From the NCBI GenBank assembly GCA_052034805.1, contig JBPOID010000004.1, forward strand, positions 23,236-87,235: 64,000 bases of DNA. The letters are read 5' to 3'. The position numbers and the translations under genes are program-made. The stretch is from Candidatus Tayloriibacteriota bacterium (GTDB taxonomy: Bacteria; Patescibacteriota; Minisyncoccia; Phycocordibacterales; PALSA-1337). The notes beneath the pieces are model-generated. The model worked only from the letters and a program-made list of their open reading frames with translations. It was not told the DNA's origin and did no database searches. This document shows, one piece after another, positions 1 through 8,950 of this stretch (its first letter is position 1; every line of letters begins with the position of its first letter).

Positions 1-1
1 A

Positions 2-70
2 GAACAAGTTAGAGTATATGCAGAAACAATACTAATGAATGAAAAAGTATTTCAATCATTAGAAAAATAA
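2..70 (+). CDS. 3' end of an unidentified upstream CDS (partial; C-terminus ...EQVRVYAETILMNEKVFQSLEK)
   Basis: Open frame 2 runs from the window edge to TAA at 68-70. Too short to identify. Confidence 0.3.
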   Translation, partial: EQVRVYAETILMNEKVFQSLEK

Positions 71-126
71 AATAATAGAATTAAATAAAATAACAGTAAC
101 AGGATTAAATAATAGAATTAGGAAAA

Positions 127-846
127 TTAGAAGATAAGTTTAGAAACAGCCGAAATAACGGCTGTTTCTGCTTTTAGGACTTGTTCACCTAGACATACTA
201 TATTGAATTTCTCTTTGTGAAACATTTCAATTTCTTTTTCTGTCCATCCACCTTCTGGTCCAATAAACACAGCAATAGACTTATTATTTTCTATTTTATC
301 TTTTATTAAACTATCATTTAATCTTTCCCCTTCTGTATGAAACACTAATGGTAAAATATTTTTCTCTCCTTTAATAAAATCTATAGAATCATTTAGAGAA
401 ATGGGATTATGTAGATTCGGTATATTTGATCTATTAGATTGTTCAGAAGCTTCTATTATTATTTTATTTATTCTTTCTTTATTCAAATCCTTCTTTTCAC
501 TACGCTCCGAAACAATAGGAATGATATGTGAAACACCTAATTCTGTTGATTTCTCTGCTATCCATTCATATTTATCTTTTTTAATAATTGAAGCTAATAA
601 ATATATATCTTTAGAAGGTATATTCTTATTTTCTTTTTTCTCTAATATAGAGAATATTACTGATTCTTTCTTATAATCTTTTATAGATGAAATATAATTA
701 AAACCAGTACCGTCAAACAATTCCACAACATCATTGGACTTAAGTCTAAAAACATTTCGTAATTGATTGACAAGAGATTGTGAAACTATCTCAATAGTTG
801 ACTTGTCTCCTATTTCGTCTTGTATATAGAAACGTTGTATCTTCAT
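127..846 (-). CDS. rsmE: 16S rRNA (uracil1498-N3)-methyltransferase RsmE
   Basis: 239 aa with the C-terminal motif FIGPEGGWTEKEI typical of the RsmE family; length fits. Confidence 0.8.
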   Translation of the reverse strand: MKIQRFYIQDEIGDKSTIEIVSQSLVNQLRNVFRLKSNDVVELFDGTGFNYISSIKDYKKESVIFSILEKKENKNIPSKDIYLLASIIKKDKYEWIAEKSTELGVSHIIPIVSERSEKKDLNKERINKIIIEASEQSNRSNIPNLHNPISLNDSIDFIKGEKNILPLVFHTEGERLNDSLIKDKIENNKSIAVFIGPEGGWTEKEIEMFHKEKFNIVCLGEQVLKAETAVISAVSKLIF

Positions 847-901
847 AAATACAGTCTATACAAAGTTGCAGAAGATAGCAATCTGATGTAGTATATCCCA
901 C

Positions 902-1474
902 ATGTTAATACCAACAGTTATAGAAAAAACAAATTTTGGCGAAAGAGCTTATGATATATATTCACGTCTTCTAAAAGAAAATATTATATTCCTAGGCGGA
1001 CCAATAGATGATCATACAGCAAATATAATAATTGCTCAGTTATTATTCCTTCAATCAGAAGATCCAAAAAAGGACATAAATCTTTATATAAATTCTCCTG
1101 GAGGATCTGTAACAGCTACTCTAGCTATAATAGATACAATGAATCATATAAAGAATAATGTTACTACCACATGTGTCGGTATCGCAGCTTCAGGTGGAGC
1201 GCTTATATTATCTTCTGGAGAAAAAGGAAAGAGATATGCATTACCAAATTCAGAAATAATGATACATCAGCCATTAGGAGGTGCCGAGGGACAGGCTTCC
1301 GATATAGAAATAAGCGCAAGACATATATTGAAGATGCGTGAGAATATAAACAAGATTTTATCCAAAAACACAGGCCAAGCATTATCCAAGATAGAAAAAG
1401 ACGTTGATAGAGACTTCTTTATGGACGCAGAAGAGGCAAAAAAATACGGTTTGATTGACAAAGTTATTTCCTAG
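902..1474 (+). CDS. clpP: ATP-dependent Clp protease proteolytic subunit
   Basis: LIPTVIE...[20 protein letters not shown]...[10 protein letters not shown]...MIHQPLGG are hallmark ClpP motifs; 190 aa. Confidence 0.95.
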   Translation: MLIPTVIEKTNFGERAYDIYSRLLKENIIFLGGPIDDHTANIIIAQLLFLQSEDPKKDINLYINSPGGSVTATLAIIDTMNHIKNNVTTTCVGIAASGGALILSSGEKGKRYALPNSEIMIHQPLGGAEGQASDIEISARHILKMRENINKILSKNTGQALSKIEKDVDRDFFMDAEEAKKYGLIDKVIS

Positions 1475-1640
1475 TTATACCATACGAGTATTACTGGATT
1501 AATTACTGTAGGTTTACTTTTTTAGAAAAACTTTGATGAATCGTATAAAAATTATAAAACTCAAATCGAACAGATCTGGCCTTTTTCCTTATTTAGATAC
1601 ATTATCAATATAATCTTTAAAAGCGAATCTATATTCGCAT

Positions 1641-3170
1641 ATGACATTAAAATTAGTAGCATTATTATTGAGCCTTGCCGGAGCAGCTGGACTTGGTATT
1701 GGTTATTACCTTCGTCTTATAATTTCTCTAGGTAAAAAGGGCTCAATGGAATTAGAAATAAAGGAAATGCTTCTTACTGCAAAAGAAGAAGCAAAGAAAA
1801 TAACCGCTGAAGCAGAGTTAAAGGCCAATAAATTCCTAGAACAAGCTAGGCATGAAATAAAAGAAAAAGAAGATAAAGTTCAACAATTAGAAAACCGCCT
1901 TATAAAAAAGGAGGATATTCTAGATAAACGCCAATTAGATATAGATAAAGAAGTAGAAATAATAAAGAATCGTGTTGCAGAAATAAAGGCAATACGTGAA
2001 CAAACTGACAAATTAGAAGCAGAAAAGGTTGAAAAACTACAAAAAATATCAGGAATGTCAGAAGAAGAAGCAAAAAAAGAGATAATAAAAACAGTAGAAA
2101 AGAATCATGAACAAGATATATTATCTAGAATACATAAACTTGAACAAAATGGTGAGGAAATATTAGAAATAAAAGCAAAAGATATATTAGCAACTTCAAT
2201 ACAAAGACTAGCAAACTCCGTAGCGGGAGATATCATGTCTACTTCTGTAACAATTCCAAATGATGAAATAAAAGGAAAAATAATAGGAAAAGAAGGTAGA
2301 AATATAAAAGCATTCGAAAGAATGACTGGCGTTGAAGTAATAGTGGATGATACACCAGGAAATATAACAATATCTTCATTTGATCCTGTACGCCGCCACG
2401 TTGCAAAACTCGCTTTAGAAGAATTAATAAAAGATGGTCGTATACAACCAGCAAAAATCGAGAAATTAGTACAAGAAGCTCAAGAAAGTATCAATAAAAC
2501 AATAAAAGAAAAAGGTGAACAAGCAGCTTATGAATGTGGAGTTATAGGATTAGACCCTAGAATACTCTTAATATTAGGACGTTTATACTTTAGAACTAGT
2601 TATGGTCAAAATGTATTGGAACATTCAATAGAAATGTCACATATAGCCGGTATGATAGCCGAAGAAATAGGTGCAAATGTAGCAATAGCGAAAGCAGGTG
2701 CCCTATTACACGATATAGGCAAAGCATTAGACCATGAAGTAGTGGGTACACATGTCGAAATAGGCCGTAGAATACTACAGAAATTCGGTGCAAATGAAGA
2801 AATAATAAAGGCAATGCAAGCACATCATGAGGAATATCCTTATGAAACAGTAGAAAGTAGAATAGTTCAAACAGCAGATGCAATATCTGGAGCTAGACCA
2901 GGAGCAAGAAGAGATAGTATAGAGAATTATTTGAAGAGACTTGGGGATTTAGAGGCTATAGCCAATGGTTTTCAAGGTGTAGAGAAATCTTATGCCCTAC
3001 AAGCAGGCCGAGAAATAAGGGTTTTCGTCACTCCAGAGAAAATGACAGATCTAGAATCCAGAAATCTAGCACGTGATATAGCCCTAAAAATAGAAAAAGA
3101 GCTAAAATACCCAGGTGAAATAAAAGTTACAGTAATAAGAGAAACTAGATCTATTGAATTTGCTAGATAA
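1641..3170 (+). CDS. rny: Ribonuclease Y
   Basis: N-terminal TM helix, long coiled-coil, KH domain (IIGKEGRNIKAFERMTGVEVIVDD) and HD domain (LLHDIGKA...HH); 509 aa. Confidence 0.9.
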   Translation: MTLKLVALLLSLAGAAGLGIGYYLRLIISLGKKGSMELEIKEMLLTAKEEAKKITAEAELKANKFLEQARHEIKEKEDKVQQLENRLIKKEDILDKRQLDIDKEVEIIKNRVAEIKAIREQTDKLEAEKVEKLQKISGMSEEEAKKEIIKTVEKNHEQDILSRIHKLEQNGEEILEIKAKDILATSIQRLANSVAGDIMSTSVTIPNDEIKGKIIGKEGRNIKAFERMTGVEVIVDDTPGNITISSFDPVRRHVAKLALEELIKDGRIQPAKIEKLVQEAQESINKTIKEKGEQAAYECGVIGLDPRILLILGRLYFRTSYGQNVLEHSIEMSHIAGMIAEEIGANVAIAKAGALLHDIGKALDHEVVGTHVEIGRRILQKFGANEEIIKAMQAHHEEYPYETVESRIVQTADAISGARPGARRDSIENYLKRLGDLEAIANGFQGVEKSYALQAGREIRVFVTPEKMTDLESRNLARDIALKIEKELKYPGEIKVTVIRETRSIEFAR

Positions 3171-3282
3171 ACAAAGGAAAAACAGTTTTTGTCTAAAATT
3201 AATTACAAAGATTAAATAAATAATTACAACGCTTTAAGTAAATTCGTCATAAATAGATTTCTGTGGTCTTATTTATAAGCTA

Positions 3283-3316
3283 TTGCACATAATACGGCTT
3301 GATATATAATGATATG
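3283..3316 (+). promoter_or_regulatory. Putative sigma-70 promoter upstream of hup (TTGCAC, 16-nt spacer, TATAAT)
   Basis: ttgcacataatacggcttgatatataat read directly from the sequence. Confidence 0.35.
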
Positions 3317-3393
3317 GAGGTTAGGTACTCTGATGTAGATATTTTTATCTTCATGAGAGTAGAAAAACAAATTATTAATAATTAATAATCACT

Positions 3394-3666
3394 ATGAATA
3401 AAGCAGGAATTGTAGATGCAGTGCACGCAGTTTTAGGAGGAACAAAGGTTCAAGCAGAGCAAGCTGTAGAAGCTATGCTAAATGGAATTATCAATTCTCT
3501 TAAGAAAGGAGAAGAGGTATCTATAGCTGGACTTGGTATTTTCTCAGTAAAGCATCGTGCAGCAAGAGATGCGAGAAATCCTCGCACAGGCGAAACAATA
3601 AAGGTTTCAGCCATGAAAGTTCCAAAGTTCCGAGCAGCAAAGGCATTGAAAGATGCAGTAAAATAG
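3394..3666 (+). CDS. hup: DNA-binding protein HU
   Basis: 90 aa; GFGxF arm and RNPxTGE motif (GLGIFSVKHRAARDARNPRTGETIKV). Confidence 0.9.
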   Translation: MNKAGIVDAVHAVLGGTKVQAEQAVEAMLNGIINSLKKGEEVSIAGLGIFSVKHRAARDARNPRTGETIKVSAMKVPKFRAAKALKDAVK

Positions 3667-3670
3667 AGAA

Positions 3671-3727
3671 GACTCGCTCGAGCGAATCATTTCAAACAAA
3701 AAACCACCATAAAACGGTGGTTTTTTG
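3671..3727 (+). terminator. Tandem hairpins after hup: a perfect 12-bp palindrome tcgctcgagcga, then a rho-independent terminator aaccaccat-aaa-acggtggtttttttg
   Basis: Stem-loop followed by a T-run, read from the sequence. Confidence 0.6.
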
Positions 3728-3795
3728 TTATTTAAAATATATTAATCGCCCTAAATCATTAGCCAATTTCAAACTATTTAGATATTACAAACCTT

Positions 3796-3824
3796 TTGAC
3801 AAAAGTCATATTTAAATGTATTAT
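3796..3824 (+). promoter_or_regulatory. Putative promoter (TTGACA, 17-nt spacer, TATTAT) for the GTG-started secreted-protein gene; duplicated in inverted orientation at about 5460-5500
   Basis: Consensus hexamers with 17-nt spacing. The whole leader is about 85% identical to the reverse complement of the region upstream of the 4724-5395 gene. Confidence 0.45.
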
Positions 3825-3901
3825 TAGAACTGCAATAAAACGATAGATATCGCCTTATTGCACAACAAAGACAACAACAGTACATTAAAAAAGGAAACAC
3901 C

Positions 3902-4573
3902 GTGAAAAGAATCATTCAGTTTGTAATTCTGTTCGTACTTTCATTCTTCGTAGGCACAGAGACGCATGGACAAAGCGCTCTGGTCAAAAAGTACAGTTAC
4001 TACTATAGATATGTTAATGATGGGTACGGCAATATTTATCAGGATAAATACAATCTCAATGCAGATGGTAATGGATCCTTGGTGAGAACCATAACGTACT
4101 CAGATCGTTGGGCCGAAGATTATGGATACCAGCGCTCAGAAGAGATTTGGATTTGGCGTGTTAAAGGTACCAAGAAATGGGCTGACTATTCGAAAAAATA
4201 CTATGAATGGTTACCAAAAAGAACACCACTTCCCAATATCCAAAAAACAATTCCCAATGAATCTCAACCGCCACTATTCAATCTTGCCGGTAATAGAACA
4301 TGGAGTGTACGTCATGATGATTTTGGGATAATAACTTATGCCAATTACTATGAAGAAGGTAGTTTAACCTATTATTATTCTGGTGATATCAAACCAGTTG
4401 ATAATGTCTTCTACGGCGTACAACAAGGTGATGATAATCCCAATCAATCGGTTGATATGTTCAAAGAATTGGTTAGTGTTTCTGGTACTGGAGATATAAG
4501 TCTCCTTGCAAAACAAATCAATGGGATGTTTGATGTTGTCAATTATTACCGTCTCTACATCGACATTCAGTAA
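3902..4573 (+). CDS. Secreted Tyr-rich hypothetical protein, paralog A (signal peptide; GTG start)
   Basis: 223 aa with an N-terminal signal peptide; C-terminal 70 aa nearly identical to the convergent paralog (YYSGDIKPVDNVFYGVQQ...VNYYRLYIDIQ). Local GC is higher than the flanks. Confidence 0.6.
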   Translation: MKRIIQFVILFVLSFFVGTETHGQSALVKKYSYYYRYVNDGYGNIYQDKYNLNADGNGSLVRTITYSDRWAEDYGYQRSEEIWIWRVKGTKKWADYSKKYYEWLPKRTPLPNIQKTIPNESQPPLFNLAGNRTWSVRHDDFGIITYANYYEEGSLTYYYSGDIKPVDNVFYGVQQGDDNPNQSVDMFKELVSVSGTGDISLLAKQINGMFDVVNYYRLYIDIQ

Positions 4574-4723
4574 GCTCTAGTATTTACTAGAAAGCTGACA
4601 ATTTCAAAAAACCTAACACATTAGTGTTGGGTTTTCTTTTTATTCTAATAGAAAAGACCTAGCACCGAAGTACTAGGTCTTGTGAAAATGTCTTAGATCA
4701 GTTAATTATCTATAACCAACCGA

Positions 4724-5395
4724 TCACTGAATATCGACATAAAGTCGATAGTAATTAACCACATCGTATAAACCATAAATTTCTGCTGGTAATACGATGT
4801 CTCCCGTGCCAGAGACGCTGACAAATTCCTTGAACATATCAACCGATTGATCAGTATTATCTCCGTACAGATATTGTTGCACTCCGTAGAAGACATTATC
4901 AACAGGTTTAATATCGCCAGAGTAATGATATGTGAGACTTGCTCTTACAGAACGTATCACATCTCCGTTCTCATCCATATAGTAACTATTGCCAGCAAGA
5001 TTGAAAAGTGCTGGCTGAGAATCATTAGCAATAGTTTTACTAACATCTGGCAAAGGGATTCTACCCTTCATCCATCCAATGTATTTAAACGTATAGTCAG
5101 CCCATTTCTTGTTACCCTTAACACGCCATCGCCAAGTCTCCTCTGTGCTTCTGTATCCATAGTCTAAAACCCAATCATCTTCATAGGTTGTTGTTTTAGT
5201 TAAGGTTCCATTACCATCTAATCTCAGATTGTATTCCTCCTTGTATGTTCTACCGGTCATTCTTGAAAAAATAGACTTCTCGTAATAACTGGCAGTCTTG
5301 ACGAGAGGACTCTGAGCATTCACTTCTCCCATACCCATGAAGAAATAGAGCAAGGAGAGAACCGACATGAACATGCCGACAATTGATTTTTTCAC
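4724..5395 (-). CDS. Secreted Tyr-rich hypothetical protein, paralog B (signal peptide; GTG start)
   Basis: 223 aa, same length as and homologous to the 3902-4573 product; oriented tail-to-tail with it. Confidence 0.6.
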   Translation of the reverse strand: MKKSIVGMFMSVLSLLYFFMGMGEVNAQSPLVKTASYYEKSIFSRMTGRTYKEEYNLRLDGNGTLTKTTTYEDDWVLDYGYRSTEETWRWRVKGNKKWADYTFKYIGWMKGRIPLPDVSKTIANDSQPALFNLAGNSYYMDENGDVIRSVRASLTYHYSGDIKPVDNVFYGVQQYLYGDNTDQSVDMFKEFVSVSGTGDIVLPAEIYGLYDVVNYYRLYVDIQ

Positions 5396-5558
5396 GATGT
5401 TTCCTTCTTTTTTTTAATGAACTGTTGTTGTTTTGTTGTGCAATAAAGCGACATCTATCGTCTTATTACAAATCAGATAATACATCTAAATCTGACTTTT
5501 GTCAAAAAAAGATTAACAAGCTCAACAAATAAGTGCAACACTACATGTTGTCTCTACA

Positions 5559-6695
5559 CTAAACCCCTTGAGTATTTAGATCTACACCGAAACTCATTTC
5601 TGCTGTATTTACGAAGGTATCCCAATCTGTAGTGAATGCTTGTGGTTCTAGATGATCGCTATTATTTTTCAAACCAGGAATCTTCTTTACTGCTGTACCT
5701 ATAGCCAAGAATTCTATTATTCCATTTCCTAATTGATATACATATGTCTTTACACCGACAACTTCATCTGCACCTATTTCATCAGCTTCTTTATTTATTA
5801 TAGACAAGGCATTCTCACGAGCTTCATATACGAGATGTGATAATTCTGGTATTTCCCCTTTCGTAAAAGATTTGAAAAATGAAGTTATTCCACCTACAAG
5901 CCCCAGCGAATAAACTGAAGTACCTATTAATATTTTCATAGGAGCATATCCCATTTTATTTAAATTCCACATTTCTTGTGGAGTAAGATCACTAGTTACA
6001 ACTTTATCATTAGGTAATGATGGATTATGAGAAGCTGTACCTATCATTAACATTTCTTGAAGACCTCCAGTTATGAGTGGAAGTATTGTGGTCTCTATAC
6101 CTACAACAGAGTTTGCATTATGTTTCTTTGCTTCATTTATAATTCTTTCCAATGCAAGATGTCTTGTTTTATTGAAAATATCTGAGAATTCCTTTATCTC
6201 ACCACGAGCAAGAGTTTTCAAGGCACCTATTATACCACTCGCTATACCTATAGAATAAGCAACATTACCGAATACGAATCTCAATGGTTTATATCCGCAA
6301 TCAGTTTGTGCATACATATCCTGACCGTCTGTAGATGTACTAAAAGCAAATTCTTCTTTAGCACCATTATTTGATTTTGTATGTAGAGAAGAACCAACAG
6401 AAAGAAATTCTATATTTCCACCATGAAAGACTAATTCGCTTGTAACACCAGTAATACCTATAGCTCCCCTATCTTTCGCCTCTTTTTCCATTCTTTCTAT
6501 AGCAGATGCACGACCTTCTTCTATAAGATTAGTGAATTGTTCAACTTCTCCACCGATAATAGCTCTTATACCAGAACCTATACCTCTACCGAAACCCAAA
6601 GCATGCACACTATTACCAACCACTAGATCCCCCGCTTTATAACCTATTTTATCCAAACAATACATTTCATTTCCAGAAAGACCTGTTGTTTTCAT
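5559..6695 (-). CDS. Protein with three tandem DUF74/YbjQ-like domains (putative heavy-metal-binding family)
   Basis: Three internal repeats of about 105 aa each, each showing the YbjQ pattern (G..IRAIIGGE...A...EA...GA.G..GV......G..EF...GTA). Confidence 0.65.
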   Translation of the reverse strand: MKTTGLSGNEMYCLDKIGYKAGDLVVGNSVHALGFGRGIGSGIRAIIGGEVEQFTNLIEEGRASAIERMEKEAKDRGAIGITGVTSELVFHGGNIEFLSVGSSLHTKSNNGAKEEFAFSTSTDGQDMYAQTDCGYKPLRFVFGNVAYSIGIASGIIGALKTLARGEIKEFSDIFNKTRHLALERIINEAKKHNANSVVGIETTILPLITGGLQEMLMIGTASHNPSLPNDKVVTSDLTPQEMWNLNKMGYAPMKILIGTSVYSLGLVGGITSFFKSFTKGEIPELSHLVYEARENALSIINKEADEIGADEVVGVKTYVYQLGNGIIEFLAIGTAVKKIPGLKNNSDHLEPQAFTTDWDTFVNTAEMSFGVDLNTQGV

Positions 6696-6715
6696 AATTT
6701 TATTTTTATTAATTA

Positions 6716-7312
6716 TTAATTATTTTTAATTTCCAATAATTCTCCATTCTTGTATACCAAATATTTCGTAATACCTATAGAAGGCTCAACTGTCATAGGT
6801 TCATCATCTCCTCTTATAACATAATTAGCAGATATAATACCCTTATCAATATTTATATTCTGTGGAGATATTCTATCTCCCAAGAAAATAGCTTTTGTAC
6901 CCTTATAGCCATTTGATTCTCTTATGGCTCCAACAATATAGAAAAATATACCAGTGCCTCCTGTTTCTTGTGAAATAAAGAAAGTGGAATCCAATTTTCC
7001 ATCATCATTTATATCAGCTTCAACAGGTTTACCAAAAATCCTAGTTTCGATTTTTGCAGAACTGTTTTCTATATTATTTGAAGATACACCATTTCTCAAA
7101 GTAATATTTTCATCATCAATATTATATGTAATATTTAATGGATCAGAATCTATATTATCTTTAATAATATTTTCTTTTGATATGTCTTTTGCTTCTTTAT
7201 TTGGATAATACTTATCTCTTATATAAACAAAGGCAATAAATACTAGATATATTAATACTGCTGTAATCAATATTTTTATAATTAAGATAGATTTATTTGA
7301 ATTTTGATTCAT
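6716..7312 (-). CDS. Membrane-anchored hypothetical protein
   Basis: 198 aa; N-terminal TM helix (ILIIKILITAVLIYLVFIAFVYI) then a hydrophilic domain. Confidence 0.5.
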   Translation of the reverse strand: MNQNSNKSILIIKILITAVLIYLVFIAFVYIRDKYYPNKEAKDISKENIIKDNIDSDPLNITYNIDDENITLRNGVSSNNIENSSAKIETRIFGKPVEADINDDGKLDSTFFISQETGGTGIFFYIVGAIRESNGYKGTKAIFLGDRISPQNINIDKGIISANYVIRGDDEPMTVEPSIGITKYLVYKNGELLEIKNN

Positions 7313-7325
7313 AGCAATATGTCTG

Positions 7326-7396
7326 TGCGGGATGCGAGAATCGAACTCGCGACCACAGTTTGGAAAACTGTTATTATACCATTTAACTAATCCCGC
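7326..7396 (-). tRNA. tRNA-Gly (anticodon TCC)
   Basis: Hand-folded cloverleaf: acceptor gcgggat/atcccgc, anticodon stem acagt/actgt with loop tttccaa, T-loop ttcgatt; 71 nt; CCA not encoded. Confidence 0.8.
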
Positions 7397-7494
7397 TTTA
7401 CAATAAACAAATCATTTAATATAGATGGAATATGTATCAAATCTAATTTAATGATAAATCCTATACTATCAGAAAATATATTTTTAGCCAATTA

Positions 7495-7929
7495 TTATTT
7501 ATTGCTTTTATGATTTTCATCAACAACCTCTTTTATATCATCTACTTCTTTTTTTAACTCTTTTACTAGATCTTGTATATCATTCAATGTAGCTTCTTCT
7601 TCTTTTACCTCTTTTTCTGTCTTTTCATGTAATTTTCTTTGTTGTTTTAAGCCAGAAATAAGAATTGTATCCCCTATAAAATAAGAAACGAATAATCCTG
7701 TAGCCAAAAGCACTATAACAACAATTAACATATTTACTGGTTCATAGAAAATAAATCCCCAGAAACCACCCCTAGCCTGCAATATATCCGCCGTATGCCA
7801 TACTCCTCTCCAGAATAAAACTATCGCCACACCTCCTATAATCGTATATAGGATAGGATAATGACTTAAATGCCCTCTTACCTTATCTTCAAATTTATCA
7901 AAGAAATTAAGAATTTTTTTCCACATTTT
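7495..7929 (-). CDS. Hypothetical membrane protein. Likely true start is MWKKILNFF; the longer ORF-track call up to 8034 overlaps tRNA-Pro
   Basis: Two TM helices followed by an E/K-rich coiled-coil tail. The N-terminal extension in the ORF track runs through the tRNA-Pro gene. Confidence 0.5.
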   Translation of the reverse strand, partial: KMWKKILNFFDKFEDKVRGHLSHYPILYTIIGGVAIVLFWRGVWHTADILQARGGFWGFIFYEPVNMLIVVIVLLATGLFVSYFIGDTILISGLKQQRKLHEKTEKEVKEEEATLNDIQDLVKELKKEVDDIKEVVDENHKSNK

Positions 7930-7954
7930 GTTATATTCAATAAAAAATAAATTA

Positions 7955-8030
7955 TGGTCGGAGCGCCGGGATTCGAACCCGGAGTCGCCTGTTCCCAAAA
8001 CAGGAATGTTAGCCGTTACACTACGCTCCG
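7955..8030 (-). tRNA. tRNA-Pro (anticodon TGG), CCA encoded
   Basis: Acceptor cggagcg/cgctccg, anticodon stem cctgt/acagg with loop tttggga, T-arm ccggg-ttcgaat-cccgg, 3' ACCA. Confidence 0.8.
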
Positions 8031-8093
8031 TCACTTTTTAGAATACTAACATAATAATCTATAAAACTCCATAATTTTAGGCCTAATATATAT

Positions 8094-8462
8094 TTATAGA
8101 ATAATATTCTCCATAAAATCGATCTTTGCCCTTCTATTTACAGTATTCATATAAACAATAATCACATGAAACTTGAATTCTGCATCATAATGATATTTAT
8201 TCTCAGACATATAGGTTTGTATAGTCCTTTTGAGTCTTCTTTGCTTAAAAAGATGAATATTTTCCTCAGGTCTATAGCTTTTTAAGCCTTTCAATATAAT
8301 ACTTTTGACTTCAATAAAATGAATCATTTTGTCCTTGGCCGCAATAATGTCTATTTCTCCCCATTTTCTATTATAATTTCGTTCAATGATTAAAAACCCT
8401 TGTTTTACAAGATATTCACAAGCAATACTTTCACCTTTATTCCCAATATCTTTTGTATTCAT
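8094..8462 (-). CDS. yraN: YraN-family (UPF0102) endonuclease
   Basis: 122 aa; GE.IAC.YL...G...ERNY....GEIDIIA....IHFIEVK pattern characteristic of YraN. Confidence 0.7.
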   Translation of the reverse strand: MNTKDIGNKGESIACEYLVKQGFLIIERNYNRKWGEIDIIAAKDKMIHFIEVKSIILKGLKSYRPEENIHLFKQRRLKRTIQTYMSENKYHYDAEFKFHVIIVYMNTVNRRAKIDFMENIIL

Positions 8463-8499
8463 AACGTATATAAGCCATATTTATTGTCTTTTATAAACA

Positions 8500-8520
8500 G
8501 TATCCACAGACTTATCCACA
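8500..8520 (+). promoter_or_regulatory. Two tandem DnaA-box 9-mers (gTATCCACA gac TTATCCACA) embedded in a hairpin (acagac...gtctgt) in the yraN upstream region
   Basis: One perfect and one 8/9 match to TTATCCACA, 3 nt apart. Confidence 0.4.
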
Positions 8521-8624
8521 GTCTGTACATTAATCATTATAAAATAAGCCATTTCCTATGAGACTGGCTGTGTATTATTTTTAGACTTTTATAAAACCTA
8601 ATATTCCCTAAAATTCAAAGACTG

Positions 8625-8695
8625 TGCGGGTAAGGAGAATCGAACTCCTACCTCATCCTTGGCAAGGACGTGTCCTACCACTAAACGATACCCGC
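8625..8695 (-). tRNA. tRNA-Gly (anticodon GCC)
   Basis: gcgggtatcgtttagtggtaggaca...; anticodon loop ttgccaa; T-loop ttcgatt; 71 nt. Confidence 0.85.
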
Positions 8696-8874
8696 ATGTA
8701 TTCACTAAGTATTTATATATTTACTATATATTTACACTACCTACTATATTTTATGAACTATTTTGATTATAGCAGTTATTATTACTTTTTCAAATAATTC
8801 ATCATGATTCGACGATATTTCAACATATTCTAGACTATTATAGTCTATCTGGTCTGTTTAGGACCATATTCGGG

Positions 8875-8946
8875 TGCGCCCGGAGGGATTCGAACCCCCA
8901 ACAACGGTTCCGAAGACCGGTATGATATCCATTTCACTACGGGCGC
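8875..8946 (-). tRNA. tRNA-Arg (anticodon TCG, tentative)
   Basis: Acceptor gcgcccg/cgggcgc, T-arm ggggg-ttcgaat-ccctc, anticodon loop cttcgga with G37. The anticodon stem has one mismatch, so the isotype call is less certain. Confidence 0.6.
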
Positions 8947-8950
8947 ATAA

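Noticed and set aside
144-167. Perfect hairpin aaacagccg-aaataa-cggctgttt followed by T-rich sequence, resembling an intrinsic terminator
   Set aside because: It lies inside the 3' end of rsmE on the coding strand's complement. Translating the reverse complement reproduces the RsmE C-terminus (ETAVISAVSKLIF), so the palindrome is coding and coincidental.
401-676. Numerous 60-140 aa ORFs antisense to or embedded in large genes (e.g. 401-676 plus, 2239-2454 minus, 17309-17557 minus, 20260-20505 minus, 58090-58512 plus)
   Set aside because: Low-complexity (L/F/Y-rich or S-rich) translations typical of the reverse strand of AT-rich or K/E-rich coding sequence. All overlap well-supported genes (rsmE, rny, the pnp-downstream ORF, comM, the MacB-like permease).
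7930-8034. N-terminal 35 codons of the ORF-track call 7495-8034 (MTERSVTANIPVLGTGDSGFESRRSDHNLF...)
   Set aside because: This part runs straight through the tRNA-Pro gene (7955-8030). The downstream in-frame Met (MWKKILNFF) gives a compact membrane protein, so the extension is an ORF-caller artefact.
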